Part shown: positions 47,807 to 57,533 of the stretch, in pieces | Layout of the letters: the number at the start of each line of letters is the position of its first letter | Numbering within the stretch: position 1 is the first letter of the stretch | Source: an uncultured Actinomycetota bacterium | GTDB taxonomy: Bacteria; Actinomycetota; Actinomycetes; JAFAQI01 | Assembly (NCBI GenBank): GCA_963770565.1 | Contig: CAVYQE010000011.1 | Span: 388,072 to 452,071 of the forward strand | Direction: 5' to 3' | Length of the DNA stretch: 64,000 nucleotides | The notes under the pieces: model-generated | The model's input: the letters and a program-made list of their open reading frames with translations, nothing else | Database searches by the model: none | Told to the model about the DNA's origin: nothing | Made by a program: the position numbers and the translations under genes

Positions 47807-48469
47807 CATGATGCGGTGGTGGTCGACACTGCCGAGATCGACGAGGTCGTCGAGGGCGCTCGCGGCGGCCACGCGCGGTTGATCGAGACGATTGCCTTGC
47901 TGACCGACGCGCAGGCTCGCAGCCCGTCGTTGTTGCCCGGCTGGACGGTCGGTCACGTGCTCACCCACATCGCCCGCAACGGCGACTCGCACGTCCGGAT
48001 GATGCGCGCAGCAATGGCCGGCGAGGCGGTCACGCAGTACGCCGGCGGGCACGACGAGCGGGTCGCCAACATCGAGGCCGGCGCCGCGCGCCCGGCCGCG
48101 GAGCTGATCGCCGATGTCGCCTCGAGCTCGGCCGCGGTGGATGCCGCCTGGGCCGACATGACCCCGCACGCCTGGGCCGGGCACGGGCTCAACGCGGCCG
48201 GCGAGATCTGGCCTTGTGCCGCGATGCCGCTACACCGCTGGCGCGAGGTCGAGCTCCACCATGTCGACCTCGGCCTCGGTTACGTCCCCGCCGACTGGCC
48301 GGATCCGTACGTCGACCGGGAGCTCGCGATCAGCGTGCGGCTCATGCCCGAGCGGCTCGATCCGGCCGACCAGCGCCAGGTCCTGGCCTGGCTCGTCGGG
48401 CGGTCCGGCGAGCTGGGCGACGTGACGCTGGCGCCCTGGCAGAACCGTCCGGACCACTACCTGCGCTGA
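47807..48469 (+). CDS. DinB/YfiT-like mycothiol-dependent maleylpyruvate isomerase N-terminal-domain family protein
   Basis: Motif GWTVGHVLTHIARNGDSHVRMM; start ambiguous (GTG 47807 or ATG 47777 inside the repeats). Confidence 0.65.
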   Translation, partial: HDAVVVDTAEIDEVVEGARGGHARLIETIALLTDAQARSPSLLPGWTVGHVLTHIARNGDSHVRMMRAAMAGEAVTQYAGGHDERVANIEAGAARPAAELIADVASSSAAVDAAWADMTPHAWAGHGLNAAGEIWPCAAMPLHRWREVELHHVDLGLGYVPADWPDPYVDRELAISVRLMPERLDPADQRQVLAWLVGRSGELGDVTLAPWQNRPDHYLR

Positions 48470-48512
48470 GGGGGTGTCGACGCCGCAACGGCAGTCGTAC
48501 CGCGCCGTACAC

Positions 48513-48539
48513 TTGGCACTCAGGACAACTGAGTGCCAG
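48513..48539. promoter_or_regulatory. CIRCE operator TTGGCACTC-N9-GAGTGCCAG
   Basis: Matches HrcA CIRCE consensus TTAGCACTC-N9-GAGTGCTAA at 14 of 18 positions; 33 bp upstream of hrcA. Confidence 0.7.
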
Positions 48540-48571
48540 ACCGGCGCCAGGACCACTCGAGGAGGGTCGCG

Positions 48572-49597
48572 ATGCTCGACGACCGCAAGCTCGAGGTGCT
48601 GCGCGCCATCGTCGAGGACTACGTCTCGACCAACGAGCCGGTCGGGTCGAAGGTGCTGGTCGAACGGCACCACCTCGGCGTCTCGCCGGCGACGATCCGC
48701 AACGACATGGGCGCCCTCGAGGACGACGGCTACATCACCCAGCCACACACGAGCGCGGGGCGGGTGCCGACCGACAAGGGCTACCGGCTGTTCGTCGACA
48801 AGCTCTCGACCGTCAAGCCGCTGACGCCGCCCGAGCGCCGGGCGATCGAGGAGTTCTTGCGCGGCGCGGTCGACCTCGAGGACGTCGTCAACCGCAGCGT
48901 CCGGCTGCTGGCGCAGCTGACCCGTCAGGTCGCGGTCGTGCAATACCCGTCGCTGTCGCGGTCGTCGGTCCGCCACCTGGAGATCGTCCGGCTGTCCGAG
49001 ACCCGGCTGATGATCGTGCTGATCACCGACACCGGGCGGGTCGAGCAACGCGTGGTCGAGCTCCCCAACCCGCTGTCCGAGGACGAGGTCGGCGACCTGC
49101 GCACCGCCTTCAACTCACGGATGGCCGGGCGGCCGCTCATCGACGCGGCCGGCCTGCTCACCGATCTGCCCGAGACCGTTCCGGCGCCCGCGCGCCCGAC
49201 CGTGGTCGCGGTGCTCTCGACCGTCCTCGAGACGCTGGTGGAGCGGGTCGACGAGCGGGTGGTGCTGGCCGGCACGGCCAACCTCGCGCGCGGCGGCGCC
49301 CTCGACTTCCCCGGCACGATCCGGCCGGTACTGGAAGCGCTCGAAGAGCACGTCGTCCTGCTCCGGCTGCTCGGCGAGGCCCGCGATCCGCAGACCGTGC
49401 ACGTCAGCATCGGCGGCGAGAACACCCACGAGGGCCTGCAGACGGCGTCGGTGGTGACCACCGGCTACGGCGCCGACGGTTCGGTGTCGCTCGCCTCGCT
49501 CGGTGTGGTCGGACCGACCCGGATGGACTACCCCGGCACGATGGGGGCGGTGCGCGCAGTCGCGAGGTACGTCGGCCAGATCCTCGCCGAGTCCTGA
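48572..49597 (+). CDS. hrcA: heat-inducible transcription repressor HrcA
   Basis: N-terminal [29 protein letters not shown]. Confidence 0.9.
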   Translation: MLDDRKLEVLRAIVEDYVSTNEPVGSKVLVERHHLGVSPATIRNDMGALEDDGYITQPHTSAGRVPTDKGYRLFVDKLSTVKPLTPPERRAIEEFLRGAVDLEDVVNRSVRLLAQLTRQVAVVQYPSLSRSSVRHLEIVRLSETRLMIVLITDTGRVEQRVVELPNPLSEDEVGDLRTAFNSRMAGRPLIDAAGLLTDLPETVPAPARPTVVAVLSTVLETLVERVDERVVLAGTANLARGGALDFPGTIRPVLEALEEHVVLLRLLGEARDPQTVHVSIGGENTHEGLQTASVVTTGYGADGSVSLASLGVVGPTRMDYPGTMGAVRAVARYVGQILAES

Positions 49598-49606
49598 GGC
49601 CGGGCC

Positions 49607-50755
<1,149 letters not shown>

Positions 50756-50767
50756 CCGGATGCGGGA

Positions 50768-50828
50768 GTTGATCATGGCGAAGCGCGTCAAGATCGGCAC
50801 GATCTTCGCGCATTTCGCCATGATCAAC
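50768..50828. repeat. 61-bp palindromic element, copy 2 (same 15-bp arms, 31-nt loop with nested AAGATCG/CGATCTT dyad) embedding mini-ORF 50775..50834 (MAKRVKIGTIFAHFAMINS)
   Basis: GGGAG SD 6 nt before the ATG; mini-ORF stop TGA overlaps rsmE GTG (GTGA). Confidence 0.5.
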
Positions 50829-50830
50829 TC

Positions 50831-51553
50831 GTGACGGCTCCGCTGTTCTTTGCCGAGGTCGGCTCGGCCGGTTCCGGTTCTGAGCTCGTGGTCGGCGGCG
50901 ACGAGGGGCGGCACGCGGCCGATGTCCGGCGGCTTCGAGTCGGTGAACTCATCGATCTGACCGACGGCGCCGGCACCCTGCTGCACGCGGTGGTCGCCGA
51001 GGTACGGCGCGGTGAGCTGACCGTGACGGTGCGGGAGCGCGTGCAGGTCCCGCCGCAGACGCCTCGTCTCACCGTTGCCCAAGCGCTGGCACGAGGCGGA
51101 CGGGACGAGCAGGCGGTCGAGACGATGACCGAGATCGGTGTCGACCACGTCGTCGGCTGGGAGGCGCACCGCGGGGTGGCTCGCTGGACCGACCGCAGCG
51201 CGGCCAAGTGGACCGCGACCGCCCGGGCCGCGGCGAAGCAGTCGCGGCGCGCATGGTGCCCGCAGATCAGTGGCCCGGCCACGACCGCCGAGGTCGCCGA
51301 TCTGTGTCGCCGGGCCGACCTCGCCGTGATCCTGCACGAGGGCGCGACCCGGCCGATCGGCTCGCTGGCATACGGAGCTGTTGCTGACATCGTCGTCGTA
51401 GTCGGTCCGGAGGGCGGGATCGACGACGGCGAGTTGGCCGGGCTGGAAGCCGCCGGCGGTCAGGTCGTCCGGCTGGGCCCGACCGTGCTGCGCAGCTCGA
51501 CCGCGGGGGCGGCCGCGCTGGCCGTGATCTGCGCCGCTACCCGCTGGGCATGA
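50831..51553 (+). CDS. rsmE: 16S rRNA (uracil1498-N3)-methyltransferase RsmE
   Basis: N-terminal PLFFAEV; conserved hrcA-dnaJ-rsmE synteny. Confidence 0.85.
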   Translation: MTAPLFFAEVGSAGSGSELVVGGDEGRHAADVRRLRVGELIDLTDGAGTLLHAVVAEVRRGELTVTVRERVQVPPQTPRLTVAQALARGGRDEQAVETMTEIGVDHVVGWEAHRGVARWTDRSAAKWTATARAAAKQSRRAWCPQISGPATTAEVADLCRRADLAVILHEGATRPIGSLAYGAVADIVVVVGPEGGIDDGELAGLEAAGGQVVRLGPTVLRSSTAGAAALAVICAATRWA

Positions 51554-51570
51554 GTCGTTAGGCTCGCAGG

Positions 51571-51921
51571 GTGGCCGATTCCGACTGCGTGTTCTGCAAG
51601 ATCGCCGCGGGGGAGATTCCCGCCGAGATCGTCGCCGAGTCCGACGCCGCGGTCGCCTTTCGCGACCTCTCGCCGGAGGCGCCGATTCATGTGCTGGTGA
51701 TCCCGCGCGACCACTACGCCAATATCGCCGAGGTGGCCGCCGCCGACGACGCGGTGGTCGCCGCCATGGTGCGCCTCGCCGCGGAGGTGGCCGAGATCGA
51801 CGGCATCGCCGAGACCGGCTACCGGCTGGTGGCCAACACGAACGCCGACGCGCATCAGACCGTCTTCCACGCCCACCTTCACCTGCTCGGCGGTCGGCGA
51901 ATGGGCTGGCCGCCGGGCTAG
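51571..51921 (+). CDS. HIT-family protein (histidine triad hydrolase)
   Basis: CVFCKI N-terminus and HxHxHxx motif HAHLHLLGG. Confidence 0.8.
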   Translation: MADSDCVFCKIAAGEIPAEIVAESDAAVAFRDLSPEAPIHVLVIPRDHYANIAEVAAADDAVVAAMVRLAAEVAEIDGIAETGYRLVANTNADAHQTVFHAHLHLLGGRRMGWPPG

Positions 51922-52137
51922 TGCCCCATCAACCAACGCCTGGCCTGTTGCGCGACGCCCAGGCGGCGACCGGCGGCGTTCTCGTCGGCCCCGATGGCGC
52001 TGCCATCGCGACCTCCTCGGCCTTGCCGCTCATCCACCTGGCCGCCGCTCACGACGGCCAACGTTGGTCGATGGGGCACAGCGCCCGGGATAATCCGGGC
52101 GTAGGGCACCCGCCGGGCATTAGCATCGGATGTGACC

Positions 52138-53172
52138 ATGGCAGAGCGGGCAGGGACGACGTCGACGCTGATTGTCGTGCCCGGCGCGCAGAGCATGGTG
52201 GCGTTGCTCGGCTCGAGCGACGAGTTGCTGCGGTTGATCGAGCGGTCGTTCTCCTGCGACATTCACGTTCGCGGCAACGAGATCACGCTGTCCGGCGACC
52301 CGATCGAGGTCGCGGTGGCCGCCCGCCTGTTCGCCGAACTGATGACCTTGCTGGAGCGCGGCGAGGTGCTGACGCCCGACGCGGTCCTGCGCTCGATCAC
52401 GATGTTGCGGGAGCAGACCGACGAGCGCCCGGCCGACGTACTCAGCCTCAACATCATCTCCAGTCGGGGCCGCACGATCCGGCCGAAGACGTTGAACCAG
52501 AAGCGGTACGTCGACGCGATCGACGACCACACGATCGTCTTCGGGATCGGGCCGGCCGGCACCGGCAAGACCTACCTCGCGATGGCCAAGGCGGTGCAGG
52601 CGCTGCAGTCGAAGGCGGTCAACCGGATCATCCTGACCCGGCCGGCGGTCGAGGCCGGCGAGCGGCTGGGCTTCCTGCCCGGGACGCTCAACGAGAAGAT
52701 CGACCCCTACCTTCGCCCGTTGTACGACGCGCTTCACGACATGATCGACCCGGACTCGATTCCGCGGCTGATGGCGTCGGGCGTGATCGAGGTGGCACCG
52801 CTTGCCTACATGCGCGGCCGCACCCTCAACGACTCGTTCATCGTGCTCGACGAGGCGCAGAACACCAGTGCCGAGCAGATGAAGATGTTCCTGACCCGGC
52901 TCGGCTTCGGCGCCAAGATGGTCGTCACCGGCGACGTCACGCAGATCGACCTCCCAGCCGGCACCCGCAGCGGGTTGCAGATCGTCCAGGAGATCCTCGA
53001 CGGCATCGAGGACGTGTCGTTCTGCCGACTGACCTCGCGCGACGTCGTCCGGCACCGGCTGGTGAGTGACATCGTCGATGCGTATGCGCGATTCGACGCG
53101 CAGTCGGCCGCATCGTCTGCACCGCCGCGCGGCCAGCAGGGACCGCGGCGCCAGTCGCGGTCCGGCCGCTGA
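52138..53172 (+). CDS. phoH: PhoH-like ATPase
   Basis: Walker [12 protein letters not shown] and PhoH C-terminal fold. Confidence 0.85.
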   Translation: MAERAGTTSTLIVVPGAQSMVALLGSSDELLRLIERSFSCDIHVRGNEITLSGDPIEVAVAARLFAELMTLLERGEVLTPDAVLRSITMLREQTDERPADVLSLNIISSRGRTIRPKTLNQKRYVDAIDDHTIVFGIGPAGTGKTYLAMAKAVQALQSKAVNRIILTRPAVEAGERLGFLPGTLNEKIDPYLRPLYDALHDMIDPDSIPRLMASGVIEVAPLAYMRGRTLNDSFIVLDEAQNTSAEQMKMFLTRLGFGAKMVVTGDVTQIDLPAGTRSGLQIVQEILDGIEDVSFCRLTSRDVVRHRLVSDIVDAYARFDAQSAASSAPPRGQQGPRRQSRSGR

Positions 53173-53221
53173 CCGGCGCCGGTGGCGCAGCGACCGGTGG
53201 TCATCCGATGAACGGTGAGCC

Positions 53222-53689
53222 GTGAGTATCGAGGTTGCCAACGAGTCCGGGGCCGAGGTCGACGAGCGCCGGCTGGAGCGGCTCGCCCGCTTCGTGCTCG
53301 ACGAGTTCGGCGTCGATCCGCTGGTCGAGCTGTCGATCCGGTTGGTGGACGTCGAGGCGATGACCGCGTTGCACGTGCACTTCATGGACGAGCCGGGACC
53401 GACCGACGTACTCGCCTTCCCGATGGACGAGCTGCACGACCACCGTGACGACGTCGACAGCCCGGACGCGCCGCCCACATTGCTCGGCGACGTGGTGCTG
53501 TGCCCGCCGGTCGCTGCAGAGCAGGCGCGGGCGGCCGGCCACCCGACCGAGGCCGAGCTCGACCTGCTCTGCGCCCATGGCATCTTGCATCTGCTCGGTT
53601 ATGACCACGCCGATCCGGATCAGGAGAAGGAGATGTTCGGTCAGCAGACCCGGTTGTTGACCGGCTGGTCCGTGGTGCGTCAACTGTGA
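53222..53689 (+). CDS. ybeY: rRNA maturation endoribonuclease YbeY
   Basis: Metal-binding HGILHLLGYDH. Confidence 0.9.
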   Translation: MSIEVANESGAEVDERRLERLARFVLDEFGVDPLVELSIRLVDVEAMTALHVHFMDEPGPTDVLAFPMDELHDHRDDVDSPDAPPTLLGDVVLCPPVAAEQARAAGHPTEAELDLLCAHGILHLLGYDHADPDQEKEMFGQQTRLLTGWSVVRQL

Positions 53690-54972
53690 CCGCGGCCGAC
53701 GTCTGGGCGCTGATCCTGGCCGGCGCACTGGTTGCGGCGGCGGCGTTGTTCGGCGCGAGCGAAGCCGCTCTTGCCCACGTGTCGAGGTTGCGGGTCGAAG
53801 ACCTGGTGCGTGACCGCCGGCGCGGGTCGGCACTGCTGTCGAAGGTCGTTGCGGACGCGGCCCAACCGCTGAACGTGCTGCTCCTCGTGCGCACGGTGGC
53901 GGAGATGGTGGCGACCACGTTGGTGGCCGTGGTCTGTGACCGGCAGCTCCCGGCGGCCTGGGAGGCGGTGCTGATCGCCGGTGTCGGCATGGCGCTGGTG
54001 CACTACGTCGTCGTGGGTGTCGGTGCGCGCAGCATCGGGCGACAGCACGCCAGCCGGGTCGGCCTGTGGTCGGCCGGCATCGTGCTGTGGCTCACTCGGG
54101 CGCTCGGCCCGCTTCCGAAGGTCCTGATCGGGGTTGGCAGCGCGCTGATCCCGGGTCACGTCGCGCGCGACGCCGGGTTCACCTCGGAGGCCGAGCTGCG
54201 CGATCTCGTCGACCTGGCCGAGGAGCGGCAGGTGATCGAGAGCGGCGAGCGCGAGATGATCCACTCCGTCTTCGAGCTGGGCGAGACGATCGCGCGCGAA
54301 GTGATGGTGCCGCGCACCGACATGGTCTGGATCGAGCAGGGAAAGTCGGTGCGGCAGGCGTTCTCGCTCGCCCTGCGCAGCGGCTTCTCCCGGATCCCGG
54401 TGGTCGGCGTCAACGAGGACGACGTCGTCGGCGTTGCCTACCTCAAGGACCTCGCCCGCACGGCGTACGACGGCGACGGGCAGAGCAGTGAGCGGATCAC
54501 CGAGGTCATGCGGCCGGCGTACTTCATCCCCGACTCCAAGCCGGTCGACGAGCTGCTGCGCGAGATGCAGGCCAAGCAGGTGCACTTCGCGATCGTGATC
54601 GACGAGTACGGCGGCACCGCCGGCCTGGTCACGATCGAGGACATCCTCGAGGAGATCGTCGGCGAGATCGCCGACGAGTACGACCGCGAGGCGCCCCGGG
54701 TCGAGCGGCTCGACGACGGCCGGGTGCGGGTCAACGTGCGGCTGCCGATCGACGACCTCGAGGAGATGTTCGATGTCAGTTTCGATCTGGAGGACGTCGA
54801 CACCGTCGGCGGGTTGCTCGCCGCAGAGCTCGGCCGGGTGCCGATTCCGGGCGCGAGCGTGACGGCGCAGGGCCTGACCTTCTTCGCCGAGGGCGCCAAG
54901 GGCCGGCGCCGGCAGATCGGCACGGTGCTGATCACCCGCGAAGCCGCCACCGACGGGTCAGCCGCCGGCTAG
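53686..54972 (+). CDS. haemolysin-family membrane protein with DUF21, two CBS and a CorC/HlyC transporter-associated domain
   Basis: GTGA overlap with ybeY; 4 TM + CBS pair + CorC_HlyC region. Confidence 0.85.
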   Translation: MTAADVWALILAGALVAAAALFGASEAALAHVSRLRVEDLVRDRRRGSALLSKVVADAAQPLNVLLLVRTVAEMVATTLVAVVCDRQLPAAWEAVLIAGVGMALVHYVVVGVGARSIGRQHASRVGLWSAGIVLWLTRALGPLPKVLIGVGSALIPGHVARDAGFTSEAELRDLVDLAEERQVIESGEREMIHSVFELGETIAREVMVPRTDMVWIEQGKSVRQAFSLALRSGFSRIPVVGVNEDDVVGVAYLKDLARTAYDGDGQSSERITEVMRPAYFIPDSKPVDELLREMQAKQVHFAIVIDEYGGTAGLVTIEDILEEIVGEIADEYDREAPRVERLDDGRVRVNVRLPIDDLEEMFDVSFDLEDVDTVGGLLAAELGRVPIPGASVTAQGLTFFAEGAKGRRRQIGTVLITREAATDGSAAG

Positions 54973-55056
54973 GTCGACGATCCTGGCGCCGCGCAGCCGA
55001 GCATGGATTGTCAGACACGACCTAGACCAGGCCGGCGTGGGTGCGATGCTGCCCGG

Positions 55057-55785
55057 ATGGATCCTGGCGGCGTGCCGGCGGTGGCGCCCGGGTTGGACGG
55101 CCGGGTGCTGTTCGACCAGCGGTGGACCGATCTCGCCTTTCTGCACTGGCCGGTGGATCCGGACCTGGTCGCCCGGTTCCTCCCGGTCGGGGTGGAGCCC
55201 GACGTCATCGACGGGGTCACCTACGTCGGGCTGATCCCGTTCCACATGCGCGCGGCCGGCGCGGGCCGCGGTCATCCTGCGCCGTACCTTGGGGACTTCC
55301 TCGAGACCAACGTCCGGCTCTACAGCGTCGATGCAGCGGGCCGGCACGGGGTGGTGTTCCGCAGCCTCGAAGCCAGCCGGCTCGTCACCGTCCTGGCGGC
55401 GAGGTGGGGGTATCGGCTGCCGTACGTGTGGTCGCGGATGCGGGTGGAGCGCGACGGCGACACCTGGGTCTGGTCGAGCCGGCGCCGATGGCCGGATCGC
55501 GGGCTGCAGACCCGGCTCGCGGTCCGGGTCGGCGCACCGCTCGATGACCCGACGCCGCTCGACATCTGGCTGACGGCCCGGTGGGGCCTGCACCACCGGG
55601 CCGCCGGGCGCACGATCTGGACCCCGAACGAGCACATCCCCTGGCCGTTATGTACGGCGGAAGTGCTCGAGGTCTCCGACGAGCTGGTGGCGGCGGCGGG
55701 GATCGACGTCGACGGCGCGCCACCGGTCCCGACCCGGTTCAGCACGGGTGTCCGGACCGTCTTCGGCTGGCCGAGACCGATCTGA
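55057..55785 (+). CDS. DUF2071 (YqjF-like) family protein
   Basis: Motifs LAFLHWPVDPDLV, GVTYVGLIPFHM; start 55057 or 55003. Confidence 0.6.
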   Translation: MDPGGVPAVAPGLDGRVLFDQRWTDLAFLHWPVDPDLVARFLPVGVEPDVIDGVTYVGLIPFHMRAAGAGRGHPAPYLGDFLETNVRLYSVDAAGRHGVVFRSLEASRLVTVLAARWGYRLPYVWSRMRVERDGDTWVWSSRRRWPDRGLQTRLAVRVGAPLDDPTPLDIWLTARWGLHHRAAGRTIWTPNEHIPWPLCTAEVLEVSDELVAAAGIDVDGAPPVPTRFSTGVRTVFGWPRPI

Positions 55786-55836
55786 GCCCGGCCCGCCTTC
55801 GCCGGCGGCGGCTCGGTTGTCCGTAACCTGGGATCC

Positions 55837-56130
55837 GTGGATCCCGAGGACGACAAGCTGGTGACGCTGGCGCGCTCGGCCAGGGCCCGTGCCGGTGGCG
55901 GCGAGGGCGCGGCCGTCCGCGACGAGATCGGCCGGACGTACGTCGCCGCGACGGTGACGCTCCCCGCGTTGTCGTTGACGGCGTTGCAGGCCGCGGTCGC
56001 GTCCGCGGCATCCAGCGGCGCGACCGCGCTGGAGGCCGCGGTGGTTGTGACAACCCAAGCGGAGGCCGAGGTCGACCGGGCGGTGCTCGCCGGCCTCGGC
56101 GAGCCGGTCGTACACGTGGTGGCGCCGTGA
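55837..56130 (+). CDS. degenerate cytidine-deaminase-like protein (zinc-ligand/catalytic residues replaced)
   Basis: Aligns to the CDA N-terminal half (GAAVRDEIGRTYVAATV vs GAAL..DG.vY.G.N) but the C-A-E motif position reads SLTALQ. Confidence 0.45.
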   Translation: MDPEDDKLVTLARSARARAGGGEGAAVRDEIGRTYVAATVTLPALSLTALQAAVASAASSGATALEAAVVVTTQAEAEVDRAVLAGLGEPVVHVVAP

Positions 56131-56639
56131 CCAGGCTGCGGCGGGTCGAAGCCGCGGACATCGAGATCCTCGAGGCGCAGTACGCGTCGCCTGACGTCGC
56201 GGGCGGGCAGTCCTGGTTCGGCTTCGCCGACGCGGGCCGGGTCCGCCGGCGGGTCGAGGCCGGCGAGACCCTTCAACCCGAGCGCGGGATGCTCGCCGTG
56301 GTCGACGACGACGACCTCGTCGTCGGCGAGCTGACCTGGCTCAGGGTCTTCAACGGGCCGCCGCCGAACGGCGACTGCTGGAACATGGGGATCTGGATCG
56401 CTCCGGAGCATCGCGGCAAGGGGTACGGCACCGCCGCGCAGCGCCTCGGTGCGGACTATCTGTTCGAGCACACGATGTGCGAGCGGGTCGAGGCGTCGAC
56501 CGAGTCCGGCAACATTGCCGAGCAACGCGCCTTGGAGCGCGCCGGTTTCACCCGCGAGGGCGTGCTTCGCCGGGCCTGCTTCCGCGGCGGCGAGTGGCGC
56601 GACATGATCATGTTCAGCAAGCTGCGCGGCGAGAAGTGA
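56127..56639 (+). CDS. GNAT family N-acetyltransferase
   Basis: Acetyl-CoA motif HRGKGYGTAA. Confidence 0.75.
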   Translation: MTRLRRVEAADIEILEAQYASPDVAGGQSWFGFADAGRVRRRVEAGETLQPERGMLAVVDDDDLVVGELTWLRVFNGPPPNGDCWNMGIWIAPEHRGKGYGTAAQRLGADYLFEHTMCERVEASTESGNIAEQRALERAGFTREGVLRRACFRGGEWRDMIMFSKLRGEK

Positions 56640-57529
56640 GTTTTCGCTCCGGATTCGCCTGCTTGCTCGGCCGGCCCAACACCGGCAAGTCGACGCTGAC
56701 GAACGCCTTGGTCGGCACGAAGGTCGCGATCATGAGCGACCGCCCGCAGACCACGCGGCACGCCATCCGTGGCGTGGTCCACCGTCCGGACGCGCAACTC
56801 GTCCTGGTCGACACACCCGGCTTCCATCGGCCCCGGACCCTGCTCGGTCAGCGCTTGAACGACCTCGTGCTCACCACTTTGGGTGAGGTCGACGTCGTCG
56901 TCTTCTGCATCCCGGCGAACGAGAAGGTCGGCCCCGGCGACCGCTTCATCGCGCAGCAGATCTCCCGGGTGGCCGAGCGGACACCGGTCATCGCCGTAGT
57001 GACCAAGACCGACTTGGTCGGGCGCGACGTGGTGGGTGCGCGGCTGCTCGAGGTGGCCGAGCTCGGCGAGTGGGCTGAGGTGGTGCCGGTCAGCGCGGTG
57101 GACGGCTTCCAGGTCGACCTCTTGACGGATCTGTTGCTGGCCCGGCTGCCCGAAGGTCCGCCGCTGTATCCCGAGGGCGACCTCACCGACTCGCCCGAGC
57201 AACAGGTGGTCGCCGAGCTGATCCGGGAGGCAGCGCTCGCCGGCGTACGGGACGAGTTGCCGCACTCGATCGCGGTCGTCGTCGAGGAGATGCGGCCGCA
57301 CGCCACCCGGGACGACGTACTCGAGATCGACGCGGTCATGTACGTCGAAAGGGACAGCCAGAAGGGGATCGTGATCGGCGTAGGAGGCCAGCGGCTGCGC
57401 GAGGTCGGCACGAAGGCGCGCGCGCAGATCGAGGCACTGCTCGCCACCAGGGTCTATCTCGACCTGCAGGTCAAGGTCGCGAAGGACTGGCAGCGCGACC
57501 CGAAACAGCTGCGAAAGCTCGGCTTCTAG
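56636..57529 (+). CDS. era: GTPase Era
   Basis: GTGA overlap; G1 GRPNTGKST, G3 DTPG, G4 TKTD, C-terminal KH domain. Confidence 0.9.
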   Translation: MSFRSGFACLLGRPNTGKSTLTNALVGTKVAIMSDRPQTTRHAIRGVVHRPDAQLVLVDTPGFHRPRTLLGQRLNDLVLTTLGEVDVVVFCIPANEKVGPGDRFIAQQISRVAERTPVIAVVTKTDLVGRDVVGARLLEVAELGEWAEVVPVSAVDGFQVDLLTDLLLARLPEGPPLYPEGDLTDSPEQQVVAELIREAALAGVRDELPHSIAVVVEEMRPHATRDDVLEIDAVMYVERDSQKGIVIGVGGQRLREVGTKARAQIEALLATRVYLDLQVKVAKDWQRDPKQLRKLGF

Positions 57530-57533
57530 CGCC

